Positions 25,001-37,273 of a DNA stretch of 64,000 nucleotides are shown here, piece by piece (the first letter of the stretch is position 1; each line of letters opens with the position of its first letter). The position numbers were made by a program, and so were the translations under genes. The notes beneath the pieces were generated by a model. That model was not told the DNA's origin. It was given only the letters and a program-made list of their open reading frames with translations, and searched no databases. This DNA comes from Heterodontus francisci (taxonomy: Eukaryota): contig NC_090374.1 of NCBI RefSeq assembly GCF_036365525.1, positions 152,832,989 to 152,896,988 on the forward strand, given 5' to 3'.

Positions 25001-28000
25001 ACCCGCAACTGCTCTGTGGTCATTTTTAAAAATTATTCATTCATGGGATGAGAGCGTCGCTGGCCAGGCCAACATTTATTGCCCATCCCTAATTGCCCTT
25101 GAGAAGGTGGTGGTGAGCTGCCTTCTTGAACCACTGCAGTCTATGTGGGGTAGGTACACCCACAGTGCTGTTAGGAAGGGAGATCCAGGATTTTGACCCA
25201 GCGACAGTGAAGGAACGGCGATATAGTTCCAAGTCAGGATGGTGTGTGACTTGGAGGGGAACTTGCAGGTGGTGGTGTTCCCATGCATCTGCTGCCCTTG
25301 TCCTTCTAATTGGTAGAGGTCGTGGGTTTGGAAGGTGCTATGTAAGGAACCTTGGTGCATTGCTGCAGTGCATCTTGTTGATGGTACACACTGCTGCCAC
25401 TGTGCATCAGTGGTGGAGGGAGTGAATGTTCATGGATGGGGTGTCAATCACGTGGGCTGCTTTGTCCTGGATAGTGTCGAGCTTCTTGAGTGTTGTTGGA
25501 GCTGCCCCATCCAGGCAAGTATTCCATCACACTCCTGACATGTGCCTTGTAGATGGTGGACAGGCTTTGGGGAGTTAGGAGATGAGTTACTCGCCACAGG
25601 ATTCCTAGCCTCTGACCTGCTCTTGTAGCCACGGTATTTATATGTTTACTGCAGTTCAGTTTCTGGTCAATGGTATCCCTTAGGATGTTGATAGTGGGGG
25701 ATTCAGCGATGGTAAAGCCATTGAATGTCAAGGGGAGATGGTTAGATTCTCTCTTGTTGGAGATAGTCATTGCCTGGCACTTGTGTGGCACGAATGTTAC
25801 TTGCCACTTATCAGCCCAAGCCTGGATATTGTCCAAGTCTTGCTGCACTTCTACATGGACTGCTTCAGTATCTGAGGAGTTGCAAATGGTGCTGAACATT
25901 GTGCAATCATCAGCGAACATCCCCACTTCTGACCTTATGATTGAAGGAAGGTCATTGATGATGCAGCTGAAGATGGTTGGGCCTAGGACACTACCCTGAG
26001 GAACTCCTGCAGTGATATCCTGGAGCTCAGATGATTGACCTCCAACAACCACAACCATCTTCTTTTGTGCGAGGTATGACTCCAACCAGTGGAGAGTTTT
26101 CCCCCTGGTTCCCATTGACTTCGGTTTTGCTCGGGCTCCTCGATGCCATCTCGGTCAAATACTGCTTTGATGTCAAGGGCAGTCACTCTCACATCACCTC
26201 TTGAGTTTAGCTCTTTTGTCCATGTTTGAACCAAGGCTGTAATGAGGTCAGGAGCTAAGTGGCCCTGGCAGAACCCAAACTGAGCATCACTGAGCAGGTT
26301 ATTGCTAAGCAAGTGCCGCTTGATGGCACTGTTGATGACACCTTACATCAATTTACTGATGATTGAGAGTAGGCTGATGGGGCAGTAATTGGCCGGGTTG
26401 GACTTGTCCTGCTTTTTGTGTACAGGACATACCTGGGCAATTTTCCACATTGCAGGGTAGATGCCAGTGTTGTAGCTGTACTGGAACAGCTTGGCTAGGG
26501 GTGCGGCAAGTTCTGGAGCACAGGATTTCAGTACTATTGCCGGAATATTGTCAGCGCCCATAGCTTTTGCAGTATCCAGTGCCTTCGGTTGTTTCTTGAT
26601 ATCACGTGGAGTGAATCGAATTGGCTGAAGTCTGGCATCTGTGATGCTGGGAAGTTCAGGAGGAGGCCGAGATGGATCATCAACTCGGCACTTCTGGCTG
26701 AAGATTGTTGCAAATGCTTTAGTCTTATCTTTTGCACTGATGTGCTGTGCTCCCCCATCATTGAGGATGGGGATATTTATGGAGCCAACTCCTCCAGTTA
26801 GTTGTTTAATTGTCCACCACCATTCACGGCTGGATGTGGCAGAACTGCAGAGCTTAGATCTGATCCGTTGGTTATGGGATCGCTTAGCTCTGTCTAGTGC
26901 ATGCTGCTTACGCAGTTTGACACGCAGATAGTCCTGTGTTGTAGCTTCACCAGGTTGACACCTCATTTTGAGGTATGCCTGGTGTTGCTCCTGGCATGCC
27001 CTCCTGCACTCTTCATTGAATCAGGGTTGGTCTCCTGAGTGGTTCCAGCATTTCTTGTTTTTATTTCAGATTTCCAGCATCCGCAGTATTTTGCTTTTAT
27101 TTTGGTCTCCTGGCTTGATGGGTAATGGGAGAATGGGGGATATGCCAGGCCATGAGGTTACAGATTGTGGTTGAGTACATCTGACGCCATACCTGGCCTC
27201 TTGCCTCCCACCCCACCATGTGATTGTGGAGGTGGGGGGAAGCCCCTCGTCTCCAGTATGTGAAATGGCCGCCCGCCGCATGTTCACGGTGGGACGGGCA
27301 TCCATGTCACAAATAAAAACAAGGGCGGCACAGTGGCGCAGTGGTTAGCACCGCAGCCTCACAGCTCCAGGGACCCGGGTTCGATTCCGGGTACCGCCTA
27401 TGTGGAGTTTGCAAGTTCTCCCTGTGTCTGCGTGGGTTTTCTCCGGGTGCTCCGGTTTTCTCCCACAAGCCAAAAGACTTGCAGGTTGATAGGTAAATTG
27501 GCCATTATAAATTGTCACTAGTATAGGTAGGTGGTAGGGAAATATAGGGACAGGTGGGGATGTTTGGTAGGAATATGGGATTAGTGTAGGATTAGTATAA
27601 ATGGGTGGTTGATGTTCGGCACAGACTTGGTGGGCCGAAGAGCCTGTTTCAGTGCTGTATCTCTAATCTAATCTAATCTAATTGGAAACGGCACCTGTTT
27701 CCAGTCCCACCGTCGGAACTAAATTCATCCCTGGAAGTGCAGTTGTAAGTGAATCGGAAGGCAGTGGAGGGTTCGAGTGATGTAGTAGAGTGCTAGAGTT
27801 GGATGTCATCAGTATACATGTGGAAGCTGTCCCCATGTTTTCATATGATGTTGCTAAGGAACAACATTTAAACAAATAAGTTGTATGGTGTCTCCATTCA
27901 AGAGGGAATTATACAAACAACTTAAATGTTCAGATATTGATTGCTGTAATTCCAAAACTTGAGTTAGCCAGAAATTTGCTCTTTGATTGAATTCCTGGTG

Positions 28001-31000
28001 GAGTAACTCTAAGACTAATATGTAAAATATTTGTTTTGTTTAAATGACTTAACACAATGTGAAACTTTAGTGATACAGTTAAGAACTGCATGTTCTTTGC
28101 ATTTTTTGATAGTCAGCAATCTTTATTGTGAAATAATTTTGTTTTGTTATTTTGATTCTTCTAGTTGTAGTGAGCGAACTCCAGATGAAGGTATGATGTG
28201 CAACTTTACTTCCCTTTTCTAAATGTTCATATTGCCAGTCTGGGATTTTGAGCTGCTACAGTTGTTCTGTCCTCAGATCCAACCGTACTGTAATGAGGTA
28301 CCCAAGAAGATCCCAGTCTGTGATCAAAACTATGCACCAGTCTGTGGAACTAACGGAGTGACCTATGGCAATGAATGTCGACTCTGCGTTGCAGTTTGGT
28401 ATGTTCTTTTAAAAGCAGAAACTTGAGGGGGTATTTTATACAGCTGTACACCTTGCACAATGATGGAGGTCAGGTTAGAGAAAGAAGAGAACAATATGTG
28501 GGGCAAAATTAGAGTTGGACAGTAGGATAAAGATGATGGAAAAGTAAATCAGGTGGAGGGTAGCAAAATCCTGCCCCTAAGGAAGCATAATCGGCCATTT
28601 TGCACTGCTGTCCATGATATTTCAGGCTGTAAGGGGTACACTCAGCAAGGCGGCAATCCTAGCACAGATACTCACTCGGCAGGAGAACTGGTGCCATAGT
28701 GTTACCACCCTGGCTCTTACTCATGCTCCCTTCCAATGATACAACCCAGCTGAATTTGCCCTTCTTGCCCTCATTCTCTGACCTGTGTTTGTACCTGGAA
28801 TACATGCAGGTACATGCAGGTAGCAAAAATTAGGCAATGCTGAAAACACTCAGCAGGTCAGTTAGCATCTGTGAAGAGAGGAAGGTAGGTTAATGTTTAA
28901 GATCAATGATCTTTTGTTTACCCTACCCTCTTCTCTCCAGAGGTGCTCCCTGATGTGCTGGGTGTTTCTGGCATTTTCTAATTTTATTACAGATTTCCAG
29001 CATCTGCAGCATTTGCTTTAAGTCGTGCAAAAAATGAAGGACCATCTGCAAAATGATTTTATTTCCTCTACCAATATTCTTATCATATTTCATCCATTGG
29101 CTTGTACCCTTAATAGCTTCTATTGAACAGTGATTGTTCTAGTTAAAACCACTTGTAAAAGGATATAAGTATGACAAAGGCCGGGCAATAGATTGGAGAA
29201 AAGTTTATTTTGAGGGGTTGAGAATAGAACCTTGGAAAATAAAAATGACAATAGCATCGGCAAACAATGATGTAGATAAGTAATGGAAAACATTTAATAA
29301 GGTGTCCAACAGAACCCAGGGAAAATAGATTCCGCTAAAATACAAGAAGAAACTAAATACTAACGAGGCACCATGGATGAGTAAGGACATAAGGGAAAAA
29401 TTGCGAGTAAGAAAAGAGACATACACCAAGTACAAGGGCAGCAGGGGAGAGCATGACAAGAGAGAATACGAAGAGACTAGGAGAGAAGACAAGGAAACAA
29501 TTAGGAAGGCAAAGAGAAACTATGAAATTAAATTATCAAGGAACATAAAACAAAATATTAAATTATTCTATAGGCACATAAGTAATAAAAGGAAAGCCGT
29601 GATGGGAATAGGGCCACTTAATGATAGACAGGATAAAATCGCAGGCAGGTATAGCCAAATGGCAGAAATATTAAATAATTATTTTGCTTCAGTATTTACC
29701 AGAGAGATGGATCAGGTGATTCTGACCAATGTTCCCACTCAGATGCCTGTGTGCACGATTGCACAACAGTCTGAAAGGTACTATGAAAAAAAATTTAAAG
29801 GTACCGCGCATTGAAAAAACTGGCCATGCACAACAATGAAATTTTATAGGGAGCATTGGATATGACATCAGAAGATGAGATTTAAAAATGATATAACTGC
29901 ATTTAAAATAAAGAGGAGAAATAGTAAATAAACTAAACAAATTTAGAAAGGATAAAACACCAGTCTGGATGCAATGTGTCTGCAAATTCCAAAAGAATCT
30001 AGGGAAGAGATAACAGAGGCACTATTACACATAGTCAATCATTTATTAGAAAAAGGCACAGTGCCAGAACGCTGGTGGTAGCTAACATTATACCCATATT
30101 TAAAAATGGAGATAGAATATGTCCAGGGAACCATACACCAGTCAGTTTGACAGCAGTAGTAGGAAAAATAATGGAATCCCTGCTATAGGATAAAATAGAA
30201 AAAACATCTAGAAACTAAAAATATAATAATGAATAGTCAACATGGATTTCAAAAGGCAAAGTCTTGCTTGATTAAACTCATTGAATTCTTTGAAGAGGTA
30301 ACAGAGAGAGTAGATAATGGCAATATAATAGATGTAATATATCTAGATTTCCAAAAGGCTTTTGATGAGGTACCACATAATAGAATTGTGAATATAGTCA
30401 CAGCATGCAGAGTCAGGGGAAAAGTAGCAGAATGGATAGCAAGCTGGCTGTAATACAGAAAGCAGAGAAGGGGTAAAAGGTAACAATTCAGAGTGGCAGA
30501 AGGTGGGAATTGGGGTCCCACACTGAGGTGAACTGCAACAAATTACAAGAAAACTTCCAAATGGGCAGACAATTGGCAAATGAATTTCAGCATAGACAAA
30601 CGTTAGGTATTATATTTTGGTAAGAAAAATAAGGAAATCACGTATTACTTGGAAAATAAGAATTTAAATGGGGCAGAGGAACAAAGGGATCTGTGAGTAC
30701 AAATACGCAAATCACGAAAAGTTGTGATGTAGGTTAATAAGTCCATAACAAAAGCAAATCAAGCACTAGGTTTTATTTCTGAGTGGTAGAATGGAAAAGT
30801 AGATAAGCAACCTGTATTGAACTTTGGTTAGACCACACTTGGAGTACTGTATAGTTCTGGTCGCCATAATATAAAAAGGATATAGAGGCCGGGATTTTAC
30901 CCTAGGCGTACGGGAGCTGGCCACCGACTAAAAAGTCGGCCGTTAAGTGGCTACTTAAGGGCTTTGATAGGCCTGGGGCGGGCGGGCCGTTTCTTGCCAC

Positions 31001-34000
31001 AGCTGCCCTGTGTAATGTGGTGGCGGAGGCGGGAGCGGGTCGGGAAGGACTCCCGGAGCCTCCCGCTCCATTTTACGCCACCGTCCCGCTCTTTGGGGTG
31101 GCTTAAAATTCAGCCCAGATGCACTGGAAAGGATGCCAAAAAGATTTACAAGGATGATACCAGAACTGCAAGGCTATACCTTTCAGGCAAAGATGAACAG
31201 CCTTGAAAAGAGAAGGCTGAAGTGTGACCTTATAGAAGTCTTTAAAATCGTAAAAAGTTTTGACAGAGTAGACAGAAAGAGAGTGTTTCCACTTGTGGGG
31301 AAGAGCAAATCTAGAGGCCATCAATATATACCAAGAAATTAAATAAAAAATTCAGAAGAAACTTCTTTACCTAGTGAGGGATGAGAATGGGGAACGTACT
31401 ATCATAGGAAGTAGTTGAGGCAAATAGTATACATATTTAAAACTTGATTGAGTTTTTTGATAAGGTAACAAAGAGGGTTGATGAGGTTAATGTGGTTGAT
31501 GTAGTGTATATGGACGTCCAAAAGACGCTTCATAAAATGCCACATAATAGGCTTGTCAGCAAAGTTGAGACCCATAGAATAAAAGGGACAGTGGCGGCAT
31601 GGACGGGAAACAGAGAAGTGGTAAACGGTTGTTTTTTGGACTGGAGGAAGGTGTACAGTAGTGTTCTCCAGAGGTCAGCATTAGGACTACCGCTTTCTTC
31701 ATATATATTGACTAGGGTACAGGGCAAAATTTGGAAGTGTTGTGAATTGTGAGGAGGATAGTAATAGACTTCAAGAGGATATAAACAGGCTGGTGGAATG
31801 GGCAGACATGTGGCAGACGAAATTTAATGCAGAAAAATGTGAAGGGACATATTTTGGTAGGAAGAATGTGGAAAAGCAATAGAAAATAAAGGGCACAATT
31901 CTAAAGATGCTGCAGCAACAGAGAAGCCTGGGGGTATATGTGCACAAATCATTAAAGTTGGCAGACAGGTGAGAAAGACATATGGGATCCTGGGCTTTAT
32001 AAATAGAGGCATAAAGCACAAAAGCAAGGAAGCAATGATGAACCTTTATAAAGCACTGGTTCAGCCTCAACCTACTGTGCTTTAGAAAGGATGTGAATCT
32101 TTAGAGAGGGTGCAGAAAAGATTTACGAGAATTGTTCCAGGGATGAGGGACTTCAGTTACATGGATAGATCAGAGAAGTTGGGGTTGTTCTCCTTAGAGA
32201 AGAAAAGGTTGAGAGGAGATTGGATAGAGGTTTTCAGAATCATGAGGGGTATAGACAGAGTAGATAGAGAGAAACTGTTCCCTTTTGCAGAGGGATTGAT
32301 ACCGATTTAAGATGATTGGCAAAAGAACCAAAGGCAACAAGAGAAAACAATTTTTGTGTATTGAGTAGCTAGGACCTGGAATGCACTGCCTGAGAGTGTG
32401 ATGGATGCAGATTCAATTGTGGCTTTCAAAAAGGAACTGGATAAGCACCTGAAAGTAAAATAAATTGCAGTGTTACGGGGAACAGGTGGGGGAGTGGGAC
32501 TGGCTGAATTGCTCTTGCAGAGAGCTGACGTAGACTTGACTTTCCAAATTGCCTCCTTCTGTACTGTAACCATTCTATGATTCTAAGAGGAGGCTAGATA
32601 AGCATATGAGGAAGAAGGGAATAGAGGGTTATGCTGAGAAATGTAGATGAGGAAGAATGGAAGGAGTCTTGAGTGTAGCATAAATATCAGCATCAACTGG
32701 TTGGGCTGAATGGCCTGTTTCTGTGCTACGTATTCTATGTAATTCTATATAATAGAGAAATGAATGGTTTTATGGGGTAAGTCAACCAAATAAAAGGGGC
32801 ATTGGAAAACTGGCTGAAGCTTGTTTGCAAAGTTTTAGATGTTTATAAGAAAGAAAGAACTTGCATTTATGTAGCGCTTTTCATATCCTCAGATGTCCCA
32901 AAGCACTTTGTACCCAATGAAGTACCTTTTGAAGTGTAGTCACTGTTGTAATGTAGGGAACTCAGAAGTCAATTTGCGCACAACTAGGTCTCACAACAGT
33001 TATGCTGGAAATTTAGCGCAGTACTGAGGGAGTACTGTCTAGTTACACATGCCGTCTTTCCATTGAGGCTCTGACTGCTTGTTCAGGTGGAGGTATACAA
33101 CTCCATAATACTATCTAAAGAAGAAAGAGGAGTAATTCTCGTCAATGTAGCTCCACTGCAAAAATAGATGAACTGATCACTCATTCAATTGACTGCTGTG
33201 TTTGCCTACATGTCAGTAACTTCAAAAGTAATTCATTGACTGTGAAGTGCTTTGGGACGTCCTGAGAATGTGATGAAGTGCTATATAAATAGTTCCTTCT
33301 TTAATTGAACTTGCTTATTCCACATACTCGGATAGTTCTTGACTTTACAATATTGTAAAATGAGTGATAGTGATAGCAGCCTGTTTTACATCTCTCTGAT
33401 TTCATTTACACAGTCACACAGTCAAAATCTTCGCATTAATATTTCAAGCAGTCAATCCTGGCCATGTTGTCTAAATTATTTTATAAACATCAACGTTGAT
33501 ATGAAATCTAGCCATGACAGACTAGGGCTTTACCAGGAACTGCAACTAATTATGCACAATAGTCATCATTGCCACTGAAACAATAAAATTTGTTCAGTCA
33601 TATGGGTGGTTGAAGCCGATAGTAGATCTCATTTTCCCTGTCTGTCTATTATCATATAAATATAATACAGACATCCCCATACTGTCACCATGGCTTGAGA
33701 GCTAACTTTCTGATCGGTGATTACTATATATTGGACACTCACTTAATAACTGACTGACAGCAGCTGCTATAAAGTTTGTAAATTCCTGCCTCAAGGTTGT
33801 CTCTTGGTATAATAACAAGAAAGCATCATTAGGATGTGAGCCTAATGCCTTTTTAGCAGCAATGTGAACAGGAGAGTTCTTACTGTGCCTGTGACCTGCA
33901 CCACTGAGGGATCTACTGCAGATGCCAGAAGAGGTGCCACACACTCCAGGGCAGCTCACAGTGCAGATCATCATTCATCTCTCTGTGCAGTTCTGGGCGA

Positions 34001-36940
34001 TTATCTCTTTGTCAGATCTTGGACCTAGCAGCATAGTCTACAAGGACACAAGTAACTGATGTAGATGACCTTGCTTGGACAGCATACTTTGTTCATGGGC
34101 AGATCTTGGAATTACGGCGGAGGAAATAACCAGCAGGTACTTAGCTTCAAGCAGCTGGCACCACTTGCTCCAACTCACCTAAGCAATGTAACTCGCTCTG
34201 TACATCCACCTTACCCTTGCTATCTACATTCTTTAGGGTATGTGTAATTCTGCAGTTGCATGGCAGAGGTGATGATAGTCAGGCACTCTGTTCTGTAAAG
34301 CAATTTGAGTTGTGTGAAAGTCCCTGATAGGACAAGGTCACATGACATGGATATATGGGACTAATCATGAGGTCAGAAGAGGTCTCTGACTTCACCAACC
34401 GCCACCCGCCCCCCCCCCCCCACCCCCACCCCCACCACCCCCCACTACCTCAGTACTATCCCACCCACTGATGTCAAGGATACCCTCCTCATGTGAGGTC
34501 TTGGGTTTTGGATTGCTTTGAGGCACCATGTTTGTGGGGTCTCTTTATGCTATAGTACAGAAATATTGAAAATATGCAGAGCAGAGACAACAGCTTCGAA
34601 ACTCACTGCATGTGACAAATTGAAAATATTTATATCATTCATATTCCTTTTGTAAAGCCCAATTAAGATCTGTTGCTATGCACTTTCTAATTATACCAGA
34701 CATCCACATTGTCCCTAGTGACTGCACCTTGATGTGGAGAAGACTTGGCTGATCCTCTGACCCTGAAAGCCATGCTGGTAGGAGTAGAGCTTATGGTCAG
34801 ACCACTGAAGTCAGCAGGTCAAAAAGTAGGAGCCAGACTAAAAGTTAGCCCAGCCTGTCTACCTGGCAGGGAACTATGAGTCAAGCTAATGACCTGTCCA
34901 TGCAACAATGCCTTTAGTTATGGAAACAACCCAGAGACAGGTCTGCTACAGACAGGAAAATATAAACATCAACTTTGGAGAACTGTGAACTGCTGGATTT
35001 TAGGCAAGATGATACTCCAATTGGATTCAAATATTTTGTTCTGCACAGACAGAGAATGGAAGAAATGGGTTGCCTCATGTTCCATTAGAGGAATCTAACC
35101 AACTAACTAACTAAACATTCACAATCGTCAAATTCCTGCTGGGTAATTCTTGTTGAAGTGATTTGTGACTTTAACCCCTTGTCGGGACTAAACCAAATCA
35201 GGAGTACATCCCTATGAATCTCCTTTAATCAAGTTCAAACTAGACAAATTCTCATTGACACTTACTTGGATCCAAAGAATTGTACCAGTCTTCCCTCAAA
35301 GAAAGAAAACCAACAGAGAATATTACCATCTTTTGGATAGCCTATTTTAATAATTATGGCTAAGTCATAAATAGCCCAGATATTATAAGGGTCTGGGAAC
35401 TCTCTTCAATATGTATCTCTCCACTTAAAGAGACACAGAGAGGGGGTTCTTTGTAGTTGTATACAGAATGCTACATGAGATGATTTATTAATTTTTATAA
35501 ATTTATTAAATAACTTAACATGCAATACACTTCTAAGTGGATAAGTATATCACAATATTAAATATTACTAAAAGATGCAACACATAATCTTATTTCTACC
35601 ATAGAATCCAAAAGTTTAACCTTACAGCAAAATATCTTAGAATATCCAGAATATCCATCAAAATTTCAAGTAAACTTTTTACCTTAAATTTCCCTTAGTT
35701 GAGAAGCGTTGTTTGAGGATTCAACACATCTAAACTTCGCGTCAAAACTTCTCATGTTTATACTGTTTCTGAAGTGTCATCTGACTTTTAGCATTTAAAT
35801 GTGACCTTCCGGTCTTCCTTTTAAAATCCATATATTTAATTACCATATCCACTTAATGTTTTACTGAAGTTCCTTTGCTTTTGAAGTTGTGAGCATTTAT
35901 CTGATCAAAATGTTTATAATTGTGTTTACTTAACCTCTCTTGTTCCTGTTAGTCCATTCCATTTATCGTTTCATTATCTATAATTGCCCTTTCCATGGCA
36001 CTCAAAGCAACCTCCGGAGCCGACCTGCCTGTACAAACCAATTAAGTTTATTGCTACCTCTTACTGACAGGATATTTCAATGTGTGTGTTTATCTTCCAA
36101 GACCCTGACAACAGAGACACAAATGGATTTTGCAACTTGTTTCTGGTTCATAACAGGGACCTTGAAATTTTCTAACTCTACCTTCTTAAAAGAGAATGTC
36201 AGTGAGTTCTAAAAACTGATCATTCATTCAATCTTTAATTCTAAAAGGTATAATATTTTTAACTATTTCTAAATTCTACTTAATTAAGCCTTTTATACCT
36301 ATATTCTATCACATTGTCTGCTTCTATTATGCCAGTGCTGGTAATGGGAAACATCTTCTTCATGCTGGTCATGTATAAGTACATCATGGGCTGGATCTCT
36401 GCTCAGCAGATGGTTGGCCTGCAGCAGCCAACATCACTTTTTCACCTATGTACTTTGATTAATTCTGTATTTACCCTTGAACCTCTCTTCAAAATCCTCC
36501 AGATAATGGTGCATATTATAGGTCACTAGAAAGAGGGACTGGATGAAGAGCTCAGCTGCCAGTTTGCCCTCATCTCCTTCAGTGATGCCAGCTATTTCAT
36601 CTGTTACATTGTTGACTTTAATTGTAACCAACTTCTCTCTCTGTAAATTCATTTATCTTGCTACCAAAGAATGGTGAGTTTTGCATTTCCTTATAAATAA
36701 GACCCCAGGCTGCATCCATGATACGCAACATTCCTAAGTGATAACTGTATGCAATTTTGACATGAGTTGCAAAAATTAATCATTGGAGTAGTTTGGCTGA
36801 TGAGATCAAGGTAGAATGGTGACAACTCAACAACCAAGCAGCCAGCTGCTCTGTCATCTATGCCTTTGATCTCAGAATACTTTTTGTATTTCAGGGCAAC
36901 CGGGGTGAAAATTATGATTAAAAAGTTTGGAAAATGCTGA
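12978..36940 (+). CDS. SPINK: Kazal-type serine protease inhibitor, gene A (SPINK family, SPINK4-like); join(12978..13032,28165..28190,28277..28398,36895..36940), 82 aa: [82 protein letters not shown]
   Basis: Four GT-AG exons (55/26/122/46 coding nt, phases 1-0-2) splice into one open frame with a signal peptide and all six Kazal cysteines ([17 protein letters not shown] motif). The 55-nt first and 46-nt last coding exons match the canonical SPINK1-type gene structure. The symbol is family-level only; orthology is not established. Confidence 0.93.
13209..16793 (+). mobile_element. Near-full-length CR1 LINE with SGNH-esterase ORF1 and APE+RT ORF2 (disabled, internal deletion near 14730), in intron 1 of SPINK gene A
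   Basis: GDSIVRG and [11 protein letters not shown] (esterase), CICFNARSI and AITETWL (APE), KFADDTK (RT); tail gttcttt repeats. Confidence 0.95.
19376..19620 (+). mobile_element. HE1/V-SINE, 5'-truncated
   Basis: V-domain gggtttcctccgggtgctccggtttcctcccac, (taaac)n tail, ACTTAACT flanking duplication. Confidence 0.9.
20504..21057 (-). mobile_element. LTR fragment (3' half), same family as 9314-10250
   Basis: Begins TGTTACGACC, the reverse-complement of the LTR end GGTCGTAACA. Confidence 0.75.
25035..27180 (-). mobile_element. CR1-group LINE of a second family, nested in the Harbinger
   Basis: Minus ORFs [33 protein letters not shown]; distinct 3' UTR. Confidence 0.9.
27038..27101. mobile_element. 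Short Penelope-like terminal fragment with an 11-bp TSD
   Basis: TTGGTCTCCTG at 27027-27037 and 27102-27112 flank ttccagcatttc..atttcagatttccagcatccgcag, which is also seen at 28970-29020. Confidence 0.6.
27323..27682 (+). mobile_element. Full-length HE1/V-SINE
   Basis: tRNA head with A box (tggcgcagtgg) and B box (gttcgattcc), V core, CR1-like tail, (ctaat)n. Confidence 0.93.
28165..28190 (+). CDS. SPINK: SPINK gene A exon 2 (VVVSELQMK)
   Basis: Acceptor ttcttctag, donor AAG|gtatga; 26 nt, same length as gene B exon 2; preserves the reading frame. Confidence 0.82.
28277..28398 (+). CDS. SPINK: SPINK gene A exon 3 (Kazal core)
   Basis: Acceptor ctgtcctcag, encodes [40 protein letters not shown], donor TG|gtatgt. 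Confidence 0.95.
28822..29020. repeat. Penelope-derived imperfect palindrome
   Basis: aatgctgaaaacactcagcaggtcag..agcatctg pairs with cagaggtgct..ctgatgtgctgggtgtttctggcatt. Confidence 0.5.
29727..29858. mobile_element. Small hAT-like MITE inside CR1
   Basis: TIRs CAATGTTCCC / GGGAGCATTG interrupt the CR1 frame; TSD only partly conserved. Confidence 0.45.
30887..31116. mobile_element. Harbinger-type MITE with a 3-bp TSD (AGA)
   Basis: TIRs GGCCGGGATTTTA / TAAAATTCAGCCC; AGA at 30884-30886 and 31117-31119; CpG-rich. Confidence 0.75.
32849..33300. mobile_element. Two DeuSINE copies in opposite orientation (- 32849-32998, + ~33015-33300)
   Basis: Tail motif gtcccaaagcactt at left and aagtgctttgggacgtcc at right. 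Confidence 0.65.
36895..36940 (+). CDS. SPINK: SPINK gene A exon 4 coding part ([15 protein letters not shown])
   Basis: Acceptor tttttgtatttcag; phase-2 join gives Trp; ends in the sixth Cys followed by TGA. Confidence 0.92.
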
Positions 36941-37267
36941 ATTCATCTTCACAGAGACTAGCAAAGGCTCCCAGCTAAACATCACTACTGTCAAGCAAAC
37001 TGTAATGATCAATTAATCAATCCAATGACAACCATTTACTCTTAAACATTACATTAATGATACTATTCAATTATTGTAGCTGCTAACAGTGAAGATGCTC
37101 AATCAAAAATCATGTGCAAACAGTTCTAAGAAAATTCTTTTGATCTTTGGTTAAAAAACTTTTGCATTTTTTTTATATTATATAATATATATTTGGGCCA
37201 TTAATTGTTTAATAGTTTTTCTGCTTCAACTTGTAGGCTCTTCATATGAAATGTTTGTTTTTTTCAA

Positions 37268-37273
37268 AATAAA
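37268..37273 (+). terminator. Candidate polyadenylation signal AATAAA of SPINK gene A
   Basis: AATAAA about 330 nt after the stop codon, in an AT-rich 3' UTR. Confidence 0.5.

Larger units (their letters stand above)
21336..27731 (+). mobile_element. Full-span PIF/Harbinger DNA transposon (degenerate): + strand transposase ~21850-22829, - strand Myb/SANT-like gene ~23172-24870
   Basis: TIRs GGGCTGAATTTA / TAAATTCATCCC, flanks TGA/TGG; transposase motifs [49 protein letters not shown]; convergent [19 protein letters not shown]. Confidence 0.88.
29165..32751 (+). mobile_element. Two nested degenerate CR1 LINEs (host 29165-31440 plus 32583-32751; insert 31441-32582)
   Basis: RT fragments [12 protein letters not shown] and YLDFQKAFD, a second YMDVQKT, and two separate CR1 tails. 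Confidence 0.85.

Noticed and set aside
27323-27400. tRNA gene
   Set aside because: The A/B boxes belong to a V-SINE head that continues into the SINE core and tail; several copies occur in the window
34555-36313. Possible LTR-like or unclassified repeats in intron 3 of gene A
   Set aside because: No paired termini, TSD or coding motif could be established by eye
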